From positions 25,978,001 through 26,042,000 of the forward strand of contig NC_135758.1 in assembly GCF_052425735.1 (NCBI RefSeq): DNA of 64,000 bases, written 5' to 3'. Below are positions 26,301 through 37,829 of the stretch, piece by piece; the stretch's first letter is position 1, and each line of letters starts with the position of its first letter. This DNA is from Oculina patagonica. Taxonomy: Eukaryota. Position numbers and translations under genes: made by a program. Under the pieces are notes generated by a model. It was not told the DNA's origin, searched no databases, and was given only the letters and a program-made list of their open reading frames with translations.

Positions 26301-29300
26301 CTGGTTGATGAGCTGTTTTGCCCAGATACTGTGAATGGCTGCGTGGATGTAAAAAAAAAAATTCAGTTGAACGGCTACACAGATGGAACTGGAGAAGAGT
26401 ACCCTAAAACCACAACTACAGTTAATTTTGACTGCTGATCTTTTTGTGGTAACTTGGGATACAAAAATATTAATTTTATTATTACTTAATTGTAACTTGA
26501 GTTTATTGTCTGTCATCCCCAGGGTGCAGTTGTAACTTGTAACACGTGTCATGGAAGTGGGATGTATGTCAGGATCAATCAAATTGCTCCAGGAATGGTG
26601 CAGCAAATTCAAACTCAATGCAGAGATTGTGGTGGAAATGGAGAAAGAATATCAGGTATTAAAAGTTTTCATATAATTAAGTTATCAGGTCAGACAAGTA
26701 ACTGACCTTTTTCGACTTTTTTGCTTGTTTACAAGCAAAAGGAAGGACAATAGCGGTTAAGTTGGGTAATCTCGAACCACATTCTTGTTAACTCTCAAGG
26801 GACTGTTTTAATTTCTCAAGGGAATACTTTCCGCTGTGGGTGATCAAAGCGCGTGACTTGTAAAGTGTCACTCTATAGTTGTGCTTTAGCACTTCCGTTC
26901 TTGTAGAAAATATGTGGCTTGTCAAATTTACAAACGTTATATACCAATTACAAACGTGAGTAGCCCAAATCTTACGTGGCATAACCAATTAAGAATGTGA
27001 GGGGTTTAGAGCTCGAAGGCAGCAAAGTTTAAAACGATTAAGAACGCAATTTGTGCTGGTACAAGTCTTTAGGCGCTAATATTAATTTAACCTAAAACGA
27101 ATAACAACGCAAATTTGTACTGGTACAAGTCTTTCACACACTAAAACGTTGCTAATAGTTAACCAAAGGGAACTCATTTCGTGATAATTGATTATTCCTG
27201 CCGAGTTGCACAATTTAGAATTGCAACATTCAATGCAGGTGTGAAGTGATATTTACAAGTTTTTTTGTAGCCTGTTGTGAAATTACTTCCGGTGCATGAG
27301 GACCCGCATAGGACATTTTTCTGCTCGCTGTTGGAAGCCAACGTTGCTACAGACGCCATATGTAATTATATAGCAGAATCGCTTAAATGTGTGAATCCTC
27401 GCAGTTGGAGGTGAATCTCATCTTGATTGACAATTTCAGCGTAATCACAGCTTGCATTCTATTTGGTTTTTATTTTATTTTTTAACAGAGAAAGATAACA
27501 GTTGTACCAGTAAGCGGGATAGCTGAATAATAACGGATTATACTGATCAGTGTACAGTTCTAAAAATCATTTAAAACAATGTTTAAATCTTTTTATCGTT
27601 CACTTTGGTTCATTTCACGCAGCAAAGTCACTGCGGCACGGCGTGAAGCCGCGATATCGATTGTAAGTTTTTCTGGAAAACAACGCGTGAAAAATTTAAT
27701 TTGAGGATTGATTCGATAGTAGTTATATCAATTGTTCGCTATGTCAGTTTTCATTCTGTGTTTGCTTCAGTGACAACTGATTTCGTTTTTCTTCAATGCG
27801 AGATGCCCACGTATTTAATTCAGTTTCAGTTTATTTGTCTTCATCGTAGTCACAACCTTTTATGTTGACTGATAACAGACCTATCACGTTAATAACCGCA
27901 AGCAGAGCGCCCGCTAACGTAAACATTATCTGAAAACACAAACTGCACAGTAAGTGATCATATGGCAATGTTTTTGTTTGCTATTTATAAGCGCGTATCA
28001 AAAACTGTCCATGTCGCTAAGGTGTCCATCCATTATTAAATGCAGACACTCTTTCAGTTTGTCGTGAGCTGGTGTGTACAAGAATAGCGAGTATTGTGTT
28101 ATGAATTTTCACGCCTCGAATAAGTTAGCTGTGCGCCAGAAAATTACCCAGCAAGTTATGGAATAACGAATAAAAAGACGCGAAAAACGTACCACGACAC
28201 ACTGAGCCCAAAGGGGCTTTTGATCCTTTATTTGTATGAATGTAAAAACATGTTTCATGCGATCAATTTTCTAAATGTCTTCGCACGGAAAACACGGAAA
28301 GCAAGAAAAAGGTGCATTCTTAACAAGCACAATATAAAATCATGGCACTATCAAATCTCTTCAAACTCGAACTACCAAATTATATGCCGATTTCACTTAG
28401 GAGTTTTGTAGAAAATCATGGCATTAGCAAATATCCCCACATTCGGATAGCCCCAATTCCCCCTGCCCCTTAAAAACAAAACCTCTTAGAGTTGGATAAA
28501 ATCGGGAAAAATTTCATAATGCCATAACGTCCTAACTCACAGAATCACGGGCGTGCCACCTAGTGTTTCTGTTGCAGTTCTTGCACTTAGGAGTTTAATA
28601 GAAAATCATGGCATTAGCAAATATCCCCACATTCGGATAGCCCCAATTCCCCCTGCCCCTTAAAAACAAAACCTCTTAGAGTTGGATAAAATCGGGAAAA
28701 ATTTCATAATGCCATAACGTCCTAACTCACAGAATCACGGGCGTGCCACCTAGTGTTTCTGTTGCAGTTCTTGCACTTAGGAGTTTAATAGAAAATCATG
28801 GCATTATCAAATATCCCCACATTCGGATAACCCTTATCCCCCCTGCCCACAAAAAAACCCCTTCGCGGAGTTGAATAAAATCGGGAAAAAAATGCAGGAA
28901 GTTTCATAATTCCATAACGTTCTATAAACTCACAGAATCACGGGCGTGCCACCTAGTGTTTCTGTTGCAGTTCTTGCACTTAGGAGTTTAATAGAAAATC
29001 ATGGCATTATCAAATATCCCCACATTCGGATAACCCTTATCCCCCCTGCCCACAAAAAAACCCCTTCGCGGAGTTGAATAAAATCGGGAAAAAAATGCAG
29101 GAAGTTTCATAATTCCATAACGTTCTATAAACTCACAGAATCACGGGCGTGCCACCTAGTGTTTCTGTTGCAGTTCTTGCACTTAGGAGTTTAATAGAAA
29201 ATCATGGCATTATCAAATATCCCCACATTCGGATAACCCTTATCCCCCCTGCCCGTGAAAAACCCCTTCGTGGAGTTGAATAAAATCGGGAAAAAAATGC

Positions 29301-32300
29301 AGGAAGTTTCATAATTCCATAACGTTCTATAAACTCACAGAATCACGGGCGTGCCACCTAGTGTTTCTGTTGCAGTTCTTGCACTTAGGAGTTTAATAGA
29401 AAATCATGGCATTATCAAATATCCCCACATTCGGATAACCCTTATCCCCCCTGCCCACGAAAAACCCCTTCGCGGAGTTGAATAAAATCGGGAAAAAAAT
29501 GCAGGAAGTTTCATAATTCCATAACGTTCTATAAACTCACAGAATCACGGGCGTGCCACCTAGTGTTTCTGTTGCAGTTCTTGCACTTAGGAGTTTAGTA
29601 GAAAATCATGGCATTATCAAATATCCCCACATTCGGACAACCCTAATTCCCCCTGCCCCGTGAAAACCCCTTCGTGGATTTGATTAGAATCGGGAAACAA
29701 ATGCAGGAAGTTTCATAATTCCATAACGTTCTATAAACTCACAGAATCACGGGCGTGCCACCTAGTGTTTCTGTTGCAGTTCTTGCACTTAGGAGTTTAA
29801 TAGAAAATCATGGCATTATCAAATATCCCCACATTCGGATAACCCTTATCCCCCCTGCCCACAAAAAAACCCCTTCGCGGAGTTGAATAAAATCGGGAAA
29901 AAAATGCAGGAAGTTTCATAATTCCATAACGTTCTATAAACTCACAGAATCACGGGCGTGCCACCTAGTGTTTCTGTTGCAGTTCTTGCACTTAGGAGTT
30001 TAATAGAAAATCATGGCATTATCAAATATCCCCACATTCGGATAACCCTTATCCCCCCTGCCCGTGAAAAACCCCTTCGTGGAGTTGAATAAAATCGGGA
30101 AAAAAATGCAGGAAGTTTCATAATTCCATAACGTTCTATAAACTCACAGAATCACGGGCGTGCCACCTAGTGTTTCTGTTGCAGTTCTTGCACTTAGGAG
30201 TTTAATAGAAAATCATGGCATTATCAAATATCCCCACATTCGGATAACCCTTATCCCCCCTGCCCACGAAAAACCCCTTCGCGGAGTTGAATAAAATCGG
30301 GAAAAAAATGCAGGAAGTTTCATAATTCCATAACGTTCTATAAACTCACAGAATCACGGGCGTGCCACCTAGTGTTTCTGTTGCAGTTCTTGCACTTAGG
30401 AGTTTAGTAGAAAATCATGGCATTATCAAATATCCCCACATTCGGACAACCCTAATTCCCCCTGCCCCGTGAAAACCCCTTCGTGGATTTGATTAGAATC
30501 GGGAAACAAATGCAGGAAGTTTCATAATTCCATAACGTTCTATAAACTCACAGAATCACGGGCGTGCCACCTAGTGTTTCTGTTGCAGTTCTTGCACTTA
30601 GGAGTTTAGTAGAAAATCATGGCATTATCAAATATCCCCACATTCTGACAACCAAATTGTTTGTTCGCCCAATTCCCCCTGCCCCTTAAAAAAACATTTA
30701 AAGTTGGATACAACCTGGAAAATTATGCAGGAAGTTTCATAATGCCATAACGTTCTTACTCACAGAATCACGGGCGTGCCACCTAGTGTTTCTGTTGCAG
30801 TTGTTAAATATTTGCACTTAGGAGTTGTAGAACAGTATGGCATTATCAAATATCCCCACATTCTGAAAACCAAATTGTTTGTTCCCCAATAAATTTAATG
30901 AAATCGTTGGTTTAGTAACAGTAAAATAATTGAATTTCTCGCAATCATCGATATTTTCGATTTTGACTTTTCGCATCACTCGGTTTGACCACGTTGTAAA
31001 CAAAGCACGGAACAGACTTACCTGGACATAGTGCATTCAATCCGGCCCATCGATGTGAAAATTCTATCTGATCGAAACAAAATTAAGAAAATCCGCAGGC
31101 AAGCTTATACAGGCCTAGGTGCCTTTTGCATAACAGACACAACAAACCTTTTCTACTACCGACAGAACAATTCTCTCTCGTGCGCCAGTAACATGAACGA
31201 TTTGGCATATTATGTGAAGTATCTTCCTGGCGCCCGGTCCACGCCGCTTCATGCAACTTCGTAAGAATGATGACCGATTCAGTTGACCAATGTCGATATG
31301 ACCATGTGCTATTGAGGCATACAATTCTCAAATCAAAATATGTTTGTAGTGACATACCTGACTTTTTTTCCGCCAAGCGAGTTCGCGCGCCGCTTAACAT
31401 AATTTATTCTACCGCCAGACACGAAAATTGATCCACGTAACGTATAAGTGTTGACAACATCATCTTACGAGACCGCGCGCAGCTTCAGTCCAAGAAAATC
31501 TGGAGCTTTTCGTCTTCTCATTCTGCGATACAGTGCTCAAGAGCATAATTTTAAAGCGACGAAAACGAAGCTGTGGCCCAGTTTTGCGGACTACATTCTT
31601 GAAAGCAGGGGAATTAATTTTAAATTTATTTTTCCCCTACAAATGATTGATGTTATATACAAATGCTTTCTGGTGTTTTGTTTTGTTTTTTGTTCGTCAA
31701 TTATTATTACTTTAGATCCTTGTTATTCACATTTAATATTGACTTGCATAGCGCGGCTAATAAAAAAATACTATCTCCACACATCACTTTTATTGCCGAA
31801 TCCTGCAGATTCATTAAGTTATTTATAGCGAAAGTCTTGGCGAACATCTCATTACATCTGTCAAGTGATGAGTTGTGACTGATATTTTGCACTCCTCCTG
31901 TGAGCTTTACCGAGCTTCAAATTGCAAGATCTGTCAACGCGCCTATTGTTTACTATTGCGAAATCGGTGCACTGAATGTACCCATGGCCGACACTATCGC
32001 AGGTTGCTAAGGCGTGCGGGTCCTCATGAAGCAGTAAACACTAAAAGTTTTTGCTTCTGTTCAGAAGTTAATGCATCGCCATTAGACAAAAAAACAGCAA
32101 CTGTTTTACTGGAAATGTAGTCGTTAGAAACGGCATGTGTAGCCTTAAGGTAAATAATAACTCGAGGAGAAGCGGCTTTTGGTAATATCCAAACGAAAAT
32201 TTACTTCTCAATGTGGGGTTAAGATTGCATGACGAGACAAAAGGTAACTCTGTCATGCGTAACCTTTATCGGGAACCCTGCATTAAGCCGAGTAGAAATC

Positions 32301-35300
32301 TTTCTAACTCGAAAGGAAACAACTATTTCGATTTAAGGCAAGCGTCAAAGTTTTAACCAACCATTTTAACTAACCATTTTTAACCAAGCCAAAGTATATG
32401 AGTCGCAAAGTGCCCAGCCGTCGCGACTGACAAATACAGCATTTCCTTCGCGAAAATAAAAATAGTGCTTGAACTGAAAGACGTTTGAATTCATCCATGA
32501 TATGTTCGAACAACAATGCCCAGGATAAACCTTCTACTCATACTAACTTCTTGCAAAAAGACGAATATCTCGAAGAGATCTTTGATTGGGTGTTTGATCT
32601 GAGACCTTCCTTTTGTCTGGAACACTAGGAAATAGCCAACCGTACAATTCATGTACATGTACAATATTATGCAAAAAGAGTTGAAGCACTTACATCTGTG
32701 TGTGTGTGACTTTTTTTTTTGTTGCTCCCCTGTTATTTTCACATGTGAAGATATCGATTTCGAAACATTTTCTGACAAGTTTGCCCTGTTTCAATGCTGA
32801 ATGAGCCAAAGTAAATCGATATTAAGTCGAAACATCTTCGGATCTTCCTCGGCAATCTTCGGATATCTTCGGAAATTTTCGGAAAAGTTCGGAAACATTT
32901 GTACGACCTTCGGACAACATTTTGCAAATCTTCTGAAATCTTCGGAAATGGTCGGCAAGCATCGAAAATCGTCAAAAACATCGTAATTAGTAGGTTTATA
33001 TGATAAACAGAATATTACATGGTTTCTTGGAGATTTCATATCTCCGCGCAACCATGTAATATCCTCTATTTATTTTCATGCGAGTGTTTCAAGAAATTAA
33101 CAAAGAGTTGTAGTCAGCTTCCTAGCACTTAAAATGAAAAATGAAAAATGCGCTTGATGGTAGTATATTGTTTCCATACGTTTCGGGGCTACTGTCCCTT
33201 CTTCAGTGGAAAATGTGAAATGCATTTCACATTTTCCACTGAAGAAGGGGCAGTAGCCCCGAAACGTATGGAAACAATATACTACCATCAAGCGCATTTT
33301 TCATTTTTCATTTTAATTATCATTTTAAATTCACTAGTTATATGCGCTACACAGTCACACAAAATTTCTTTAGAGATTTCTATTTTCCTAGCACTTACAT
33401 GTACACAGGGCCGTAGCCAGACTTTTAGCTTAGATGAGGCAAGATCTTGCTAGGGGGTGTGGGGGCATTTCCCCCAGAAAGTTTTGAAGTCTAGAAGTTC
33501 AGAAACGCATTTACATTAACATTTTCATACATGTAAGTTATTTCTTGAGAAAAAAATTAATTTTGTTCAATTGGGAGTTATTTTCCCAAATAAAGGTACT
33601 TTGTTTTTAACTTTAGGTTAAAATCTAGACGAGGCAAGTGCCTCATCTTGTCTCTTGCTAGTTATGGCCAATTAATATATACCGTAATGATTCGATTTAG
33701 CGCCCCCCTTCCAATAAGCGCCCCCTTCCGAATAAGCGCCCCCCTTCGAATGTGTTTTTGTTAATAAGCGCCCCTATTTCAATAAGCGCCCCCATTCTAA
33801 TAAGCGCCCCCATTCTTATACGTGCCCCTATTCTAAAAAGCGCTCCTATTGTGGCTAACTGGCCCTACTGAAGTTGTTGACGTCAAAAAGGTAAACTCAT
33901 GAACATTCACCGTACCCTACATGTATATACATTTACTGCTAAAATGAAGAATTCTTGTAAAAGTAACTGAACTTTCAACAATTTGTCAATGTTACAGTTT
34001 ATGTTATTGTTAGTTATTTTAATACATATTTACCGGTAAGTTTTGTTTTGAACATTTGGTTGTTTCGCAAGAAATTAAATAACCACCCTGTCCCGAATAA
34101 GGTGCCAAAGGTAAATAAGCGCCCCGGGCGCTAAATCGAATCATTATAATGGTTATCATGTACATTTGTTTGTTTTTTAACATGTACATGTAGTGTTTGC
34201 AATTAGTACTGGTCCTTTTGAGCACAGTAGGGCCCTTTTCTCCTGCCGCCACCAATGACTAATAAAGGGCTCCTTTGAAACATAAACCTGATGTATTAAA
34301 CGGTTCTTGAACATAACCCTGTACTGATTTCCCCTGTTATTAGATAAAGATCGCTGTAAGAACTGCCAAGGCAGGAAAACTGTAAAAGAACGCAAAATCC
34401 TGGAAGTTCACATTGACAAAGGAATGAAAGATGGACAGAAGATCTCATTTACCAGTGAGGGAGACCAGGAGCCTGGTATTGAACCAGGAGATATCATCAT
34501 TATCCTTGATGAAAAGAATCACCCAGTCTTCAGGCGTGAAGATTTAGACTTGCACATGAAAATGGTATGTAAATATTACACCTGTGTTATGAGGGCTTTC
34601 ATATTTTGGGGTGTGGTGAAAAATAGGGGCATAGTACTTTGGGGAAGGTGAAAAGAATAAACATGGAAAAATTATGTTAAATTTTTGGTCCCTACCTCCT
34701 TACCCTCTTCCTTCCCTTCACCCTCCCCCCTGATATACCCTTCACCCCCCCTGACTATACAGTACTCTCCCCACTACCCCCCCTATACACACATACATAT
34801 TTCTTTCCTCAAACCTTACCGGGACTTGAACGTCTGAACTCTTGCTCTGAAATCCTGCGCCTCTAACCACTTGACCACAAAGGATTTGTTATTATACCGG
34901 TAACTTATTTGGTCCCAGACTCCCCTTTGCTCAACTAATTTTGTATTCAAAAAGAGCACAGCTTTGCTTTCACTTTTTCTTGCTGCCTTGATGTGAGTTT
35001 TGTATTACATGTTGGTGTTAAAGTCATTTCCTGTTAGTAGACTGTGGACACCCTTGGATCAAAAAAAATGTCCATCTAGGAGAAATTAACCAGGACTGAA
35101 AGTAATTGAAGGTCATTAAACAGTGGCCGACCAAAATTTGCTCATACCTGACAAAATCGCAGTCAGACATACGTGTAACATCCGTGTCTGGTCAATTTTT
35201 TTTCCTTTTCTTTTAAATATGGCAAATTGCTTTACACAGTGCTGTAAGTCAGGAGCAATTGTTTTCTCTTTGTGTACAAAATTAATTAGTTGGACATGAA

Positions 35301-37104
35301 ATTGAGGATTAAGAAGAGGGTAGAACGCTTAAGAAGGCTGTAAATAGCCTAGGGTTATTGTATTGTAAGTTATTATTGCTGCATCAAATTGTTCATTGCC
35401 ATGAAAGGTTATAATTTTATTATATCTAACACATGATCAATTCCCTTTTCCCTATGCAGGAAATCGATCTGGTTGAAGCACTTTGTGGCTTTCAAAAAAC
35501 AGTTGAAATGTTAGACAAAAGGCATCTTCTCCTTACATCTCACCCTGGAGAGATCATTAAACCTGGCAAGTGTCATCTTTTTCAGCTTTTCTCTTCTCAG
35601 AGTGCTAAAGTAAACCTTTGAAACATAAATAAAATAATGCAAATAATGAAAATTTGCAGTGGCATTTCCACAAAGTGGCTCTTCATCCAATAACAATGTA
35701 AATCTGAGGAAACAGTTATTGTAAATCAAACAGAAACTTGTTAAAAATCCCAGCTGCCAGAAGACTGCAAAAGTGTGGAGGAGTTGACCACCAAAGACAA
35801 ATCCATCTAGTGGCATAGAGGAGATTTGAACCCCGGGACCCCCATGTTACAAGTCCAGCACCCTAGAGAAAAGAATTGTTGCTGCAAAATTATGTCAATT
35901 GACCATGCTTATACACAGATTACTGACTGTCATTATCTGTAGGTGAAATGAAATGTGTGAGAGACGAAGGAATGCCTCGATACAAAAATCCATATGAGAA
36001 AGGACAACTCATCATTACATTTTCGGTAAGAGTGAGTGTATGTGCAGAATGTAACAAATGTAAAGTTGAGAAGGCATTATAATTAAGATCAAAGTAAATC
36101 ATTGATGCACATGTAAATAGTGAGAAAAGTTTAGCCAACTTCAAGACAGCTTGTCAAGGTTGAACTGATATTACTGCAATGCCAATTTAAAGTATTTCAC
36201 TGTTTAAATGTCAGCTACAGAAATTGCGGAGAGTTTAGCACTCAGCAGCAGCACAATGTTTTATGTATTTTTTTTTTTTCGCCCCAGCTTCATTGTGGGG
36301 TCTTGTGTGGTATGTTGTGTGTCAGCACATAAATTTTGCAGTCTTATTTGGAAAAAAAATTAGGAAAATCAGCTTTGCTCATGTGGTCAGGTGTACAAAA
36401 TACCATAATTGCATGTTGTTGTTGTTGCTTTGTGTTGTTGTTGATGATGTTTTACTCTGTGAACAGTGACAGTATTGTTTGTTATATTTACCAGATAAAC
36501 TTTCCTGCGGATGGCTTCATTTCTCCAACCAGTGTTCCTCAGCTGGAGCAGCTGCTGCCTCCCAGGGAAGAAGTGCTGCTTCCCGAGGAGGGAGAAGAAG
36601 TCACCCTTGTAAAAATCGATCCCGAAGAACAAGCAAGGAATCGCAGGCAACACATGGTAAAGACTGAAACACCCTTCCACTTAGATTTTAAGTTATAAAA
36701 AATAACTTTGTCAAAGTTAACTGTCTGTAACAAGTAAGAAAATTTGTAAAACCAGTAAATGAATACTTAAGGAATCCTGAAGGGGTGAAAAACAATTGGT
36801 TTATGCTTTTAGTTATGAACTTCCAAGTCATGGTACATGCAGGAAGTTAGGATAGTACTTAAGAAGCATGCATGCACCATAACTCAAAAGATTTAGTGCA
36901 CACTAAAAGCAAAAAAAATTCTAATTAAATACACTAGTTGGTTCTTTAAAAAGGTAGCTGTGTCTTCAATGACCAACTGTTATACAACAGGATATCATAA
37001 CAAATGTTTGACTGTAGATCACTTTGTGTTTTTAGGGTAATGCATACGATGACGATGAGGACTTTGGTCACCCGAGGGGAGGAGTGCAGTGTCAATCTCA
37101 ATAG
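23325..37104 (+). CDS. DNAJA1: DnaJ homolog subfamily A (DNAJA1/DNAJA4-like Hsp40 co-chaperone)
   Basis: Exons 23325-23349, 23506-23612 (J domain, HPD), 24910-25125 (G/F region, DIFDMFFG), 26060-26155, 26523-26655 (CxxCxGxG repeats), 34344-34564, 35460-35565 (GC donor), 35943-36025, 36495-36656, 37036-37104 (ends GGVQCQSQ*, CaaX motif). Phases are consistent; 405 aa. Confidence 0.96.
28394..30890. repeat. Intronic satellite, 190-220-bp monomer, 12 full units plus a partial unit
   Basis: CACTTAGGAG recurs at 28394, 28584, 28774, 28977, 29180, 29382, 29584, 29786, 29989, 30191, 30393, 30595 and 30815. Confidence 0.97.
32740..33068. repeat. Dispersed repeat with TCTTCGGA-rich core (related segments at ~22905-23012 and ~42295-42680)
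   Basis: Shared blocks such as TCTTCGGATCTTCCTCGGCAATCTTCGG and CAACCATGTA.TATCCTCTAT. Confidence 0.65.
33171..33212 (-). ncRNA. Mirror copy of the minimal hammerhead ribozyme (one stem II mismatch)
   Basis: Left arm of the palindrome; stem II reads GGGAC(AGUA)GCCCC. Confidence 0.65.
33233..33274 (+). ncRNA. Minimal type I hammerhead ribozyme (Penelope-type)
   Basis: UUUCCA-CUGAAGA-A-GGGGC(AGUA)GCCCC-GAAA-CG-UA-UGGAAA: 6-bp stem I, conserved core, 5-bp stem II, palindromic ACGU stem III, GUA cleavage site (after 33268). Confidence 0.75.
33680..34155. mobile_element. MITE (TACCGTA-type ends) with AATAAGCGCCC repeats
   Basis: TIRs TACCGTAATGATTCGATTTAGCGCCC ... GGGCGCTAAATCGAATCATTA. Confidence 0.75.
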
Positions 37105-37567
37105 TTACTTACAACACTCCCCAGTATTAACACAGACTGTTATATGAGTAGACTTCACAGTACATACCTTGGATTCTCTTCAGTATATCCTTCTCAAAAA
37201 TCACAAATTCTTCTTTTACTTTTGTTTTCAAACCAAGAAAGGCTCAAATAGGCCTTTTTTGAGATGCCTAACGCCTCTTTTACAACTGAAACGAATCCTT
37301 GTGCAAAAAATTCATGTGAAAACGAGTCACATTTGCATGAAAATGTGTGAATGATTTTGAACGAAAACTCGTTTTGATACACTGAGGCTAGGGGCATCTG
37401 GAAATTGGCCAATTGTCACATTATGGCATGTTACTTTATTTAAGTAACATGATGTATCCTCCTGGCTAGTTGGTTGTGGGTAATAAATCAAAAATTGTCC
37501 AAAACTAAAAGTGCTTTTAATGGTTGAAGCTGTTTCCAACTGAGGGTTTCTGTGCAAGTAATGTCTG

Positions 37568-37829
37568 CAGGGCCGTAACCAAACCTTTGGCACAGACAAG
37601 GCAAAATATTGCTAGGAGGTTCTGGGAGCATGCCCTCCAGGAAATTTGGAGAACTAGAAGCTCTGATACTCTTTTTTTTAACATTTTTCATAAGGTATTT
37701 CTTGAAAAAATCAATCTTGTTCAACTGGTAATTATTTTCTTTCCAACTAAACATATTTTGTTTTAAATTCTGGGTAAAAATCAAGACGAGGCAAGTGCCT
37801 TGTCTTGCCTCTTGCTAGTTATGGCCCTG
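37568..37829. mobile_element. hAT-like MITE (related copy at ~33406-33670)
   Basis: TIRs CAGGGCCGTAAC ... GTTATGGCCCTG; shared GACGAGGCAAGTGCCT..TCTTG segment. Confidence 0.65.

Larger units (their letters stand above)
33129..33316. repeat. 188-bp near-perfect palindrome within a ~250-bp insertion flanked by a 13-bp direct repeat
   Basis: Centre between 33222 and 33223, one mismatch; TTCCTAGCACTTA at 33119-33131 and 33385-33397. The ORF track shows mirror-image ORFs at 33097-33297 (-) and 33148-33453 (+). Confidence 0.95.

Noticed and set aside
28394-30890. CRISPR-like array
   Set aside because: Units are ~200-bp near-identical monomers without unique spacers, there are no cas genes, and the context is a eukaryotic intron.
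33097-33453. Two near-identical ORFs on opposite strands
   Set aside because: A by-product of the palindrome; no coding signal.
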